Virus record (IMG/VR): IMGVR_UViG_3300013288_000004 | Location: 1-63,359 of that record | DNA from: a virus | Taxonomy: Duplodnaviria; Heunggongvirae; Uroviricota; Caudoviricetes | DNA length: 63,359 nt | Strand: one strand, 5' to 3' | Shown here: positions 49,682 to 57,941 of the stretch, piece by piece | Layout: each line of letters starts with the position of its first letter | How positions within the stretch are numbered: position 1 is the first letter of the stretch | Program-made: the position numbers and the translations under genes | Notes under the pieces: generated by a model | Seen by the model: the letters and a program-made list of their open reading frames with translations, nothing else | What the model was told of the DNA's origin: nothing | The model's database searches: none

Positions 49682-49774
49682 AAGCGCCCGTTCTATAACT
49701 TTCGTGGTGGTTAGTTATTGAAGACCGAATAATACATTGGTGAGAAGTGGGTGGTGAACGTCGGAGACGCGCTT
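49682..49774 (+). ncRNA. Candidate structured non-coding RNA, possibly Y-RNA-like
   Basis: GC-enriched intergenic stretch after TAAATA (49670); ends pair (AAGCGC/GCGCTT, CGTTC/GAACG); internal hairpins ATAACT/AGTTAT and ACCGA/TTGGT. Confidence 0.45.
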
Positions 49775-49790
49775 AAACATAGGAAATATA

Positions 49791-50003
49791 ATGAAAGTTC
49801 TTGATGTAAAAACTCCTTCTTTGGAGAATATTGCTAAAAAGTTTGATGTAGGCTTATCTTGGTTAAAAAAACAGTTAGAAGCTGGTATTGAAGTAGAAAA
49901 AGAGCATACTTCGAAAAGAGAAGTAGCAGAAGAGATCGCGTTAGATCATTTGAATGAAGATCCGGAATACTATATCAAATTAAAGAAGGTTGAAAAACAC
50001 TAA
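49791..50003 (+). CDS. Small conserved phage protein (DUF5661-like)
   Basis: GIEVEKEHT..AEEIALDHL.EDPEYY.KL. Confidence 0.75.
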   Translation: MKVLDVKTPSLENIAKKFDVGLSWLKKQLEAGIEVEKEHTSKREVAEEIALDHLNEDPEYYIKLKKVEKH

Positions 50004-50014
50004 ATAAACGTTAT

Positions 50015-50086
50015 GCGGGTGTAGCTCAGTGGTAGAGCGGAACTTTGCCAAAGTTCAGGTCGCCGGTCCAATCCCGGCCACCCGCT
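50015..50086 (+). tRNA. tRNA-Gly(GCC), non-canonical T-loop, CCA not encoded
   Basis: Acceptor GCGGGTG/CACCCGC with U73; D-arm GCTC/GAGC; anticodon arm GAACT-TTGCCAA-AGTTC; T-arm GCCGG-TCCAATC-CCGGC; TAAATA at 50001. Confidence 0.92.
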
Positions 50087-50093
50087 CAAATGT

Positions 50094-50198
50094 TTATTGT
50101 AACTGCGCCACAATATACAAAGTAAAACTACCTAAAGCTACAATCACAACCATCCCTGCTATAAAAATAGCAGCACCAATTCGCATCAACCATTTCAT
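50094..50198 (-). CDS. 34-aa single-TM peptide, not in the ORF track
   Basis: MKWLMRIGAAIFIAGMVVIVALGSFTLYIVAQLQ*; AAGGAG RBS; TAAATA upstream. Confidence 0.7.
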   Translation of the reverse strand: MKWLMRIGAAIFIAGMVVIVALGSFTLYIVAQLQ

Positions 50199-50230
50199 AT
50201 ATTTCTCCTTATAATTTTATTTAGTATCTG

Positions 50231-50259
50231 TTGACAATGATGCAAAAATCTTCTATGAT
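50231..50259 (+). promoter_or_regulatory. Near-consensus sigma70 (early) promoter for the HTH gene and Ro60
   Basis: TTGACA-17 nt-TATGAT. Confidence 0.8.
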
Positions 50260-50286
50260 ACTGGTTGACAATCATAGGAGAATAAA

Positions 50287-50619
50287 ATGTCAAATATTAC
50301 TTCAGCAGTATTAACCGAATCACAGGTATCAGAAATTCGCCTTCGTGTATCTGTGCTTGGACAGGCACAGACTCACGTAGCACAGAAGTTCAATGTTGGT
50401 AGATCAACAGTTGGTGATGTTGTGAACTATCGCACATGGAAGAATGTAGCCGGTCCCACCAAGATCAAGGGCGAAATCTATCAGTTAGCCGATGGTCGAG
50501 TTTTCTCTGCAAAGAGTAACAAGTTCTTGCAAGTGTCTCTTGACAAGAATTCAAAGAAGAAGTATGTTAGTGTGACAAACAGCAAGGGCGATAAGGTAAA
50601 AATTTACCTTAGCAACTAA
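50287..50619 (+). CDS. HTH DNA-binding protein built from HNH-endonuclease accessory domains, without a nuclease domain
   Basis: LTESQVSEIR..AQKFNVGRSTV..V...TWKNV, then NUMOD4-like DGRVFS; AGGAG RBS. Confidence 0.65.
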   Translation: MSNITSAVLTESQVSEIRLRVSVLGQAQTHVAQKFNVGRSTVGDVVNYRTWKNVAGPTKIKGEIYQLADGRVFSAKSNKFLQVSLDKNSKKKYVSVTNSKGDKVKIYLSN

Positions 50620-50633
50620 GCTAAATAGAACAC

Positions 50634-50663
50634 ACGATCACCTGTAATGGTGCAGGTGATCGT
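50634..50663 (+). promoter_or_regulatory. 13-bp hairpin in the Ro60 leader, just after a late-promoter core
   Basis: ACGATCACCTGTA-ATGG-TGCAGGTGATCGT; TAAATA at 50622-50627. Confidence 0.7.
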
Positions 50664-50702
50664 TATTACTGAAAATCAAAACAGTCGAAAAGGAAAATTA
50701 TC

Positions 50703-52313
50703 ATGGCAAACGCAAAGTACGCAGACCTTTCAGGTCTTTCAAAGAATGTTTCAATCCCTGTAGCACAAAAGATTCCGGGCACCAACCAAGAGCGCAACAC
50801 AGATGGGGGTGGTTACGCATATGTAATTTCTCCGTGGAATGTGTTTGACCGTTTCTTAATCCTTGGAACATCGTCAGGTTCCTTCTATGCATCTGCAAAG
50901 GATATGACACGCTATTCATGTGACGTTCTCTTGCAGCTTATCGCGCAAGACAGCAATCGTGTTGTTGATCGAATTGTTGAGGTGTCTGATAAGGGTTTGG
51001 CGATCAAGAACGAACCAGCAATCTTTGCGTTGGCTACAGTGGTTGCCAATACCAAGGATGCAGCCCGTAAGTATGCTCTGGATGCCCTATCGAAGGTGTG
51101 CCGCACATCAACTCACCTGTTTGCATTTGTGGATAGCTACAAGTCAATGGGTGGTGGTTTTGGTACTTCTGTACGCAAGGCTATCAATGCTTGGTATCAG
51201 AGTAAGACTGTAGACGGTTTGGCATATCAGTTGGTGAAGTATCGCCAGCGTGATGGATGGACTCATCATGACGTGTTACACCTTAGTCACCCAAAGGCTA
51301 CATCAGATGAGCAAAATGCTTGTTTTAGATTTGCCAAGGCTTGTGCAAACAAGGACAAGGTGCTTGAACTAAGCGGCGTTCCAAGCATCATAGAAGGCTA
51401 CCTGCGCGCGTCCAAGGCATCGGATGTCAAGACAGTACTTTCCCTAATCAATGATTACAAACTGCCACGTGAAGCGATTCCAACGCAGTTCCTGAATGAT
51501 CCAAAGGTATGGGAAGCTATGTTACCAGACATGCCAGCAACAGCATTGATCCGAAACCTTGGGACAATGTCGAGCAACGGTTTGATTTCAAATCTTTCAT
51601 CAACTGAAAAGATGGTGATGGATAAGCTATCAAATAGTGATTGGCTGCGTAAGAGTCGAATTCATCCGATTTCTGTCCTGATCGCATCAAAGGTTTATGC
51701 AAATGGTCATGGTATGCGTGGATCGAACTCATGGAACGTAAATCGCAGAATTGTAGATGCTTTACAGGAAGCTTTTTACGCAACGTTCGATAACATCGAA
51801 CCAACAGACGAAGTTTATCTGTTGGGTGTTGACATCTCCGGGTCCATGACAATGTCTGGAAATGTGTTGGGCGTAGAAGGATTATCGGCTGCGGAAGCTG
51901 CGATTGCGCTGGCTATGGCAATCAACAAGCAGAATGAGCGATCACTAATCATGGGGTTCAGTCACAAGTTCATCGACCTTGGCATCACTCATAAGGATCG
52001 TCTGGACAAGACTCTACAGCGTGTGTACCGTATGAATTTCGGCGCAACTGATTGCTCTCTGCCAATGCGTTATGCCAATGAAAAGAAGTTGGATATCGAT
52101 AAGTTTGTTGTAATTACCGATAATGAGTGCAACACTGGTCCTCACGCAAGTAGAGAGTTGGTGAAGTATCGTAATGAACGTAGAAAGAATTCTGGAATGG
52201 TTGTATGTGCAACATCTGCAACCAAGTTCAGTATTGCAGATCCTAATGATCCTAAGCAATTAGACATCGTTGGATTCTCGCCTGACGTTCCACGCATCAT
52301 CGCTTCATTGTAA
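50703..52313 (+). CDS. Ro60/TROVE RNA-binding protein (Rsr-like)
   Basis: RFLILGT..GSFY, RTSTHLFAF, KYRQRDGWTH.D.L.LSHPK, ALIRNLG, SRIHP; vWA MIDAS DISGSM, GATDCSLPM, ITDNE. Confidence 0.95.
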   Translation: MANAKYADLSGLSKNVSIPVAQKIPGTNQERNTDGGGYAYVISPWNVFDRFLILGTSSGSFYASAKDMTRYSCDVLLQLIAQDSNRVVDRIVEVSDKGLAIKNEPAIFALATVVANTKDAARKYALDALSKVCRTSTHLFAFVDSYKSMGGGFGTSVRKAINAWYQSKTVDGLAYQLVKYRQRDGWTHHDVLHLSHPKATSDEQNACFRFAKACANKDKVLELSGVPSIIEGYLRASKASDVKTVLSLINDYKLPREAIPTQFLNDPKVWEAMLPDMPATALIRNLGTMSSNGLISNLSSTEKMVMDKLSNSDWLRKSRIHPISVLIASKVYANGHGMRGSNSWNVNRRIVDALQEAFYATFDNIEPTDEVYLLGVDISGSMTMSGNVLGVEGLSAAEAAIALAMAINKQNERSLIMGFSHKFIDLGITHKDRLDKTLQRVYRMNFGATDCSLPMRYANEKKLDIDKFVVITDNECNTGPHASRELVKYRNERRKNSGMVVCATSATKFSIADPNDPKQLDIVGFSPDVPRIIASL

Positions 52314-52341
52314 AAAAAAGCCGCCGAAAGGCGGCTTTTTT
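52314..52341. terminator. Bidirectional intrinsic terminator
   Basis: AAAAAAGCCGCC-GAAA-GGCGGCTTTTTT between convergent genes. Confidence 0.92.
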
Positions 52342-52371
52342 CAGGAATGAATTATACAGTCACGATTCTCA

Positions 52372-52770
52372 TTAATGTGGAGTTCTAATATCAATACCGT
52401 TATAATATTCTGGTGCTTTGTTACGTAATTTTATACTTTTATAGAACTGGTCAATTTTTTCATCATACCATGTGTCAGGAGACGTAAGCATTTGTAAAAA
52501 TTGCGGTAATGTTGGTGTATACCCAGAAGTTTTATTTTGTTTGGATAGTTCATTAGACGGGATGTGTCGTAAATTTTCCAAAGTTATTAAACTGAATTCA
52601 AAGTTTTTTAATTTTTCTGGTTTACCGTTAACATAGTTGTCTATAGAATAGTAAAATAGACAATTTACAATTTTATCTTTAATTAGCTTATTCCAATTCC
52701 AAGGTATTTTAGTAAACTGATTTCTATCATACTGGAATGATACAGTTTCCAATAATTGTCTTAATTTCAT
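52372..52770 (-). CDS. Hypothetical protein (N-terminus MKLRQLLE)
   Basis: 132-aa ORF with AAGGA RBS. Confidence 0.6.
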   Translation of the reverse strand: MKLRQLLETVSFQYDRNQFTKIPWNWNKLIKDKIVNCLFYYSIDNYVNGKPEKLKNFEFSLITLENLRHIPSNELSKQNKTSGYTPTLPQFLQMLTSPDTWYDEKIDQFYKSIKLRNKAPEYYNGIDIRTPH

Positions 52771-52780
52771 GAAAAATTCC

Positions 52781-53521
52781 TTATGCTGATGTAGGTGGCG
52801 ATAGACTTTCTAATAATGGCACTGTTGACAGTTTATTTTCAAAAGCAATACATGCTGTACCACCATCCGATAATAATTTTTCGAAATGGTTGAATGTTAT
52901 GAAAGCGTAACCTTGCTGGCCATAAGATTTACCCCATGAGTTTTTTAACCTAAACACTTTCTTAACAGTATCGACACCATTCAACACATAAGCATGACCA
53001 CCCATGTTAGTACCAGTTGGAGATACATAACCTTGTGAGTTAGTTTTATTCATGTTACTATACCACTTAGTACCTACAACCATAGGACCGAGATTTAGAA
53101 TCGTATTGGCGACATCAGTGATATTACTGGCCCAACGGTATTCCTTGATTATGCCCAATTCTTTAAAAATTTTAGCGGCTGCACGTACAGAAGTACCGTT
53201 ATAATTTCCCACACCGGGCCATTCATCTCTTTCTTGACATGCTCTATATAATTTAGCAGGATCGTATAGAGGCTTAGATCTGGTAGATGGTAATTTATCT
53301 TGGACGACTGGTCCATCCTCTAACCAATGTAAAAATGAATAACAAACACACATGGAACTGGAACCCTGATCGCCCCACCAACCATCTGCCCACCAATACT
53401 TCTCTGTTATAAAAGGTGTCTCCATAAGCATAGAAGATACTGGAAATAGATTATCTCTCTCATCTATGTTTTGTATAAAACCAAATTGACGCGTGATGTC
53501 ATTCATGATATAATGTTCCAT
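52781..53521 (-). CDS. Papain-like (C1) cysteine peptidase
   Basis: DQG....C, GGHA, KNSWG..YG..GY; minus-strand TAAATA at 53532-53537. Confidence 0.88.
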   Translation of the reverse strand: MEHYIMNDITRQFGFIQNIDERDNLFPVSSMLMETPFITEKYWWADGWWGDQGSSSMCVCYSFLHWLEDGPVVQDKLPSTRSKPLYDPAKLYRACQERDEWPGVGNYNGTSVRAAAKIFKELGIIKEYRWASNITDVANTILNLGPMVVGTKWYSNMNKTNSQGYVSPTGTNMGGHAYVLNGVDTVKKVFRLKNSWGKSYGQQGYAFITFNHFEKLLSDGGTACIAFENKLSTVPLLESLSPPTSA

Positions 53522-53556
53522 TAATAACTATTATTTATCTAAAGAGTACAAATATA

Positions 53557-54360
53557 ATGTATATCAGAGTGTTCAGTGACATCCATTTGGAATTTGGCAG
53601 GAATTTTAAAATTCCTAGTGCGCAGAATTTCTTTATATCAGAATTACCAACAGACAAAGAGACAATTCTATGTCTAGCTGGCGACATATGCAGCATAGAG
53701 TCGAATAGATTTCACGAATCATTTTTAAATTCGGAGTTGACTGATAGGTTTAGGAAAGTTTTATATATACCCGGCAATCATGAATATTATAATGGGTCGA
53801 TTACAACTACTGACAAAAAACTACAAGAATATTGTGATAAACATGGAATAATTTTTCTTCAGAAAAAATCAATGGAGATAGATGACATCATCTTCATCGG
53901 TGCTACTCTTTGGACTAATATGACTGATGTCCATCCATTCAACGCATTTAAAATTGCTCAATATATGAATGACTATCGAAAGATTCGTATAGGACCAACT
54001 TCAAATCCATATCAGAAGAAACTTACTGTAAATCAGGTTGACGCTCTACATAAAAATCACTTAAAATTCATAGAGAATGAGCTATATGTGTATGCGGATA
54101 GAAAATGCGTGGTCATGACACATCATGCACCATCTTATGAGTGTATAAATGAATATTATAGACAAAATAGCGATCTAAACAATGCTTATTACTCTAATTT
54201 AGATGAATTAATATTACAATATCAACCATTGTTATTTTTGAGTGGACATTCGCACTGTGCTTATGATTTCAATATAGAAAAAACTAGATTAATCAATAAC
54301 TGTGTTGGTTATCCGGGAGAGGAGACTGGGTTTGATCCTGAGTTGGTAATTGAGATTTAG
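53557..54360 (+). CDS. Calcineurin-like metallophosphoesterase
   Basis: SDIHLE, LAGD, GNHEYY, THHAP, GHSH. Confidence 0.92.
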   Translation: MYIRVFSDIHLEFGRNFKIPSAQNFFISELPTDKETILCLAGDICSIESNRFHESFLNSELTDRFRKVLYIPGNHEYYNGSITTTDKKLQEYCDKHGIIFLQKKSMEIDDIIFIGATLWTNMTDVHPFNAFKIAQYMNDYRKIRIGPTSNPYQKKLTVNQVDALHKNHLKFIENELYVYADRKCVVMTHHAPSYECINEYYRQNSDLNNAYYSNLDELILQYQPLLFLSGHSHCAYDFNIEKTRLINNCVGYPGEETGFDPELVIEI

Positions 54361-54934
54361 CCTTTTGGTGATTGATCTCTAATATATTAATTAAAGATTG
54401 AAAATCCTGTGGTAAAGGTAGCGCCTGCATTCTGTAACATTTTTGCGGGCGTTTATCTTTAAATATAAAGCTAATGTAAGACTTAGGAATTTTGGGTTCA
54501 TAAGCCACAAACACTTTTACATTAGGATCATCCGCATATGCTATAGAAGCGCTCAATCTGGTCATTATTATCTGTCTTAATGTTCCATTCGTGCCAGTAT
54601 TACAATTGATATGTTCTAATTTATCGATTAACGGATATAGTTTTTTATAAAATCTAGCCTTAGTATTTACGTCCTTCCATACCGGAATGTCCATACAGCG
54701 CATAATGATGGTGCACAATTTCATTATCACTGAATCATATAAGTGTGGTAAAACGTCTGGAGATAGTACTGCAATTCTGTTAACAGAAGATGCAACCAGA
54801 TCTATCGCATTCTTTCTACGACCAGTTTTCATCCATTCCGCATAGACTTTATTGATTATCTGTACGGCAAATAAAACTTCGCGTTCGGTATTTTTTTGTT
54901 GTTCTGTCAACAACATTTTTTGTAATAAATCCAT
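54293..54934 (-). CDS. Hypothetical protein (N-terminus MDLLQKMLLTE)
   Basis: 213-aa ORF; minus-strand TAAATA at 54964-54969. Confidence 0.55.
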   Translation of the reverse strand: MDLLQKMLLTEQQKNTEREVLFAVQIINKVYAEWMKTGRRKNAIDLVASSVNRIAVLSPDVLPHLYDSVIMKLCTIIMRCMDIPVWKDVNTKARFYKKLYPLIDKLEHINCNTGTNGTLRQIIMTRLSASIAYADDPNVKVFVAYEPKIPKSYISFIFKDKRPQKCYRMQALPLPQDFQSLINILEINHQKAKSQLPTQDQTQSPLPDNQHSY

Positions 54935-54985
54935 TAGTTTTCCATAAATATATTAGTTATTTGTATTTATGAGGGTTTAGGTTGG

Positions 54986-55222
54986 ATGGTATCTGAATGG
55001 CAGCATAAGGTATTGGACCAGCGGTTCGGAGAACCGCCAGTCGATGTTTTAATGATGAATGATGGTGTGAAAATTGTCATAGTAAAATATGAACGTTGCC
55101 ATAATTTTGTCTATAATGATTCATTAAAGGATTATGTTTTTAATTATACACCATCTATAGAATTCATAACCACTCAAAATTATCTATTGAGAAACAATAG
55201 ACATGCCATGGTCATGGCATAA
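54986..55222 (+). CDS. Hypothetical protein
   Basis: 78-aa ORF; TAAATA at 54945. Confidence 0.45.
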   Translation: MVSEWQHKVLDQRFGEPPVDVLMMNDGVKIVIVKYERCHNFVYNDSLKDYVFNYTPSIEFITTQNYLLRNNRHAMVMA

Positions 55223-55523
55223 TGAATGATGATGGTGCGGTAATAATACTACCTACTGCCTGTTTATACATATTAATTATTTGATCATCAAAATCTACAA
55301 TACATAAAATGGACGTATGTGGAATTATAGTTTTATGTCCTTTTTGATTTCTTGGTGCTAGATGCGAAACTGGTGTTAAACCAATCTGAGGACTACCGTC
55401 TGGACCTTCCACAAGACCCATGAATAATGCTTTATCTAAAGCTATACCACTTGGAGTTTCTTCCAGTAGTTCACCTATAACGTGTTCACCGCTTAACAAT
55501 CTAGCTGTAAAAATGTGTGCCAT
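55212..55523 (-). CDS. Sm-like fold phage protein
   Basis: RLLSGEHVIGEL..QIGL.P..Y...VGSII pattern of T4-like Sm-domain proteins. Confidence 0.65.
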   Translation of the reverse strand: MAHIFTARLLSGEHVIGELLEETPSGIALDKALFMGLVEGPDGSPQIGLTPVSHLAPRNQKGHKTIIPHTSILCIVDFDDQIINMYKQAVGSIITAPSSFIMP

Positions 55524-55535
55524 TAATTTTTCCTT

Positions 55536-56006
55536 TTAACAATATGAGTTTTTTAAACCATCGACGAACCATTTCGGCAATGGAGTTTCAGCATTATAAA
55601 CTGGGACACTATCTATGATTATGTCGCAGTGAATATAAGCTAATTTAAGATAGGGTTCATTATCTATGTTAGCAAACATACCACATAGATATTCTTTATT
55701 TCCTATAATCCACTTACATATGATACCACCCGGAGATTCTTCATATGATTCAATGTCATACATTCTGAAAAATATTCCGTTTTCTTTTAACACCGTTTCC
55801 ATTAGACTTATGCCTTTCTTCATGGAAGATACATACCTGTCGTAATTTTGTTCTAATAGAACAGATAAATCGGATGTTGTTTGTATTTTTTTAAATTTTA
55901 CTGATTTTTTACCTTCATCAGTTTGTAACCATTCTTGAATAGAATTGTAACCGTCTTGTCTGAATTTCTCAAAATGCGTATTGGCTATGGTAAATATATC
56001 GTTCAT
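55536..56006 (-). CDS. Hypothetical protein
   Basis: Coupled ORF in the leftward operon. Confidence 0.6.
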   Translation of the reverse strand: MNDIFTIANTHFEKFRQDGYNSIQEWLQTDEGKKSVKFKKIQTTSDLSVLLEQNYDRYVSSMKKGISLMETVLKENGIFFRMYDIESYEESPGGIICKWIIGNKEYLCGMFANIDNEPYLKLAYIHCDIIIDSVPVYNAETPLPKWFVDGLKNSYC

Positions 56007-56500
56007 GAGTTTGTTTTCTGAATAGAAGAATATATTCTGTAGCAGAAAATTTTAAAACTCTCCTCAAATTCTTGATTATTGAATGGGTGATCAATAAAGA
56101 ACGGACCCATCAGCTTTTCCACATGATACGCTTGTTGTTCTTTATGGTCAGCCAGTTTTGCGTTATATTCACACAGATATACCATAATAAATCTCTGATG
56201 CAGATCATACATTATGGTCGCTCCGAGATACAATTTGTCTTCCAAATCATACATCACGTTAAATTCTAATTTATTAGAAAAATCTTTTAAATTACAAGGG
56301 CTTACGTTGATTTGACCAATCAAATCTTTGTGACCAAATGTATTAAAAATATCTATAATATTCTCTGCGCTATCCGAGTAATCTCGCCAACCGTTTTCAG
56401 ATGATATTAATAAAAATTCTAAAAATGATATACTATCAGTGGCGTTTTGTATGCAAAACTTCTCCAATCTTTCCGTATCATATTCAACATATTGGTGCAT
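56003..56500 (-). CDS. Hypothetical protein
   Basis: Coupled ORF in the leftward operon. Confidence 0.6.
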   Translation of the reverse strand: MHQYVEYDTERLEKFCIQNATDSISFLEFLLISSENGWRDYSDSAENIIDIFNTFGHKDLIGQINVSPCNLKDFSNKLEFNVMYDLEDKLYLGATIMYDLHQRFIMVYLCEYNAKLADHKEQQAYHVEKLMGPFFIDHPFNNQEFEESFKIFCYRIYSSIQKTNS

Positions 56501-56506
56501 AATAAT

Positions 56507-57892
56507 TTACCTATAGATGTCTGCCGTGAAACCAACTCCATTCTTCTTTTTAACATGAGTAAATTTGTCTTCATCATATGTATATATTTCCGCAAGACTC
56601 ATAGGTTCTACACGTTCTGGTATGCTGAGATTAGGATACAAATCTACTAATAGATTTCTTGTTTTGTCTGCTGATAGTTTGTCAAATTGGTATTCTGCAA
56701 CTAATCTACCGGGTCTGCGAAGTGCACCATCAATTTGATCGATATCACAGTTTATGGTGATAACAAAATTAAAATGTAAAACATCCGCCAATAAACCGTC
56801 TGATACGTTTAACATATTAGATACGGCAGTTGTATTACCATTCTCGCCTCTTTTCTTCAAAACCTCTTCACCATCTTCAATAATGAAGATAGAATTTGAC
56901 TTAGACTTCATGAAATCGATGATAGATGGGTCTGACAGTATATTAGTCATGTCTGGTGGTAGATATATAATATCCTTCTTTAATACGGACACTAGGTATC
57001 TTAAATATGTGGTCTTTCCAGTACCCGGAGAACCGTGTAAAATAGTAATGCCAGAGGACTTTTTCTTATTCAGATGTTTAACAATTTTGTCAGAAACTGG
57101 TATTAATGAATCATTGTAGTTTCTACTAAGATCAAAATCATGATACTTTTCATAATCGAAATCAAATGACATAGTAGAAAAACCTTTTTGGGTTTTTGTT
57201 ATAAGTTGGAATTCTGAATTAAATTCATCTTCATCTTTGTCAATCTTTGTTTTACAAAGATTGAATATTGACTTAATGAAACTGTTTATTTTTTCATTAA
57301 TGTGGCTATCCGCAATGTAGAAGAACCTTATTGAATAATGTCCATCAAAAGGGATGGAATGGATTGTTAATCCCAATTGAATGTTGTCAAATATAATACA
57401 TGTTGTGGAATCATCAACTTGAATGTGCGAATTTTCCTCTAACATTAGAAAATTCTCTTTTGACATGTTTGGATTTGATATAATTTTATTATATTTCTTT
57501 TTATACTGTGTATCTACATCACTCAATTCGTTTACGTCAAATTCGAATGATAACATCTTTACTGTTGAGGTATCATAATCACTTCCAAAACAATTATGTA
57601 ATTCGTTAATAATATTGTCATGTGATATACTATAAACCGTGACAAAGATTATATCGGAGAAATCTTTTCCGAATTTGTTAATGAATTTTGCCCTAATAGG
57701 AAAATCCATTTTATCAGAATTAAAAAAGTGTGTACCATTCATATGTGTTATATTATCCACTCTATTCTCTCTAAATTTTTCTATTCTGTCTTTTATCTTT
57801 TTTGACAATTCAGACGGTTTGATATATTCATCGTCATCATCCATCTCTAACTGTTGTATTGCTGAAAGAATTTCATTCCTATTATATTTCAT
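56507..57892 (-). CDS. AAA+ ATPase
   Basis: Walker A GSPGTGKT, Walker B FIIEDGE, LN.SDG, SRH IDGALRRPGRL. Confidence 0.92.
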   Translation of the reverse strand: MKYNRNEILSAIQQLEMDDDDEYIKPSELSKKIKDRIEKFRENRVDNITHMNGTHFFNSDKMDFPIRAKFINKFGKDFSDIIFVTVYSISHDNIINELHNCFGSDYDTSTVKMLSFEFDVNELSDVDTQYKKKYNKIISNPNMSKENFLMLEENSHIQVDDSTTCIIFDNIQLGLTIHSIPFDGHYSIRFFYIADSHINEKINSFIKSIFNLCKTKIDKDEDEFNSEFQLITKTQKGFSTMSFDFDYEKYHDFDLSRNYNDSLIPVSDKIVKHLNKKKSSGITILHGSPGTGKTTYLRYLVSVLKKDIIYLPPDMTNILSDPSIIDFMKSKSNSIFIIEDGEEVLKKRGENGNTTAVSNMLNVSDGLLADVLHFNFVITINCDIDQIDGALRRPGRLVAEYQFDKLSADKTRNLLVDLYPNLSIPERVEPMSLAEIYTYDEDKFTHVKKKNGVGFTADIYR

Positions 57893-57909
57893 TTTTAGTC
57901 CTATTATAT

Positions 57910-57939
57910 AGAGACGGGTTAGAATTCTAACCCGTCTCT
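57910..57939. repeat. Perfect 30-bp palindrome between the RNA ligase and AAA genes
   Basis: AGAGACGGGTTAGAA|TTCTAACCCGTCTCT. Confidence 0.9.
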
Positions 57940-57941
57940 TA

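Noticed and set aside
50029-50214. 61-aa ORF in the track
   Set aside because: It overlaps the tRNA-Gly and the better-supported minus-strand TM peptide
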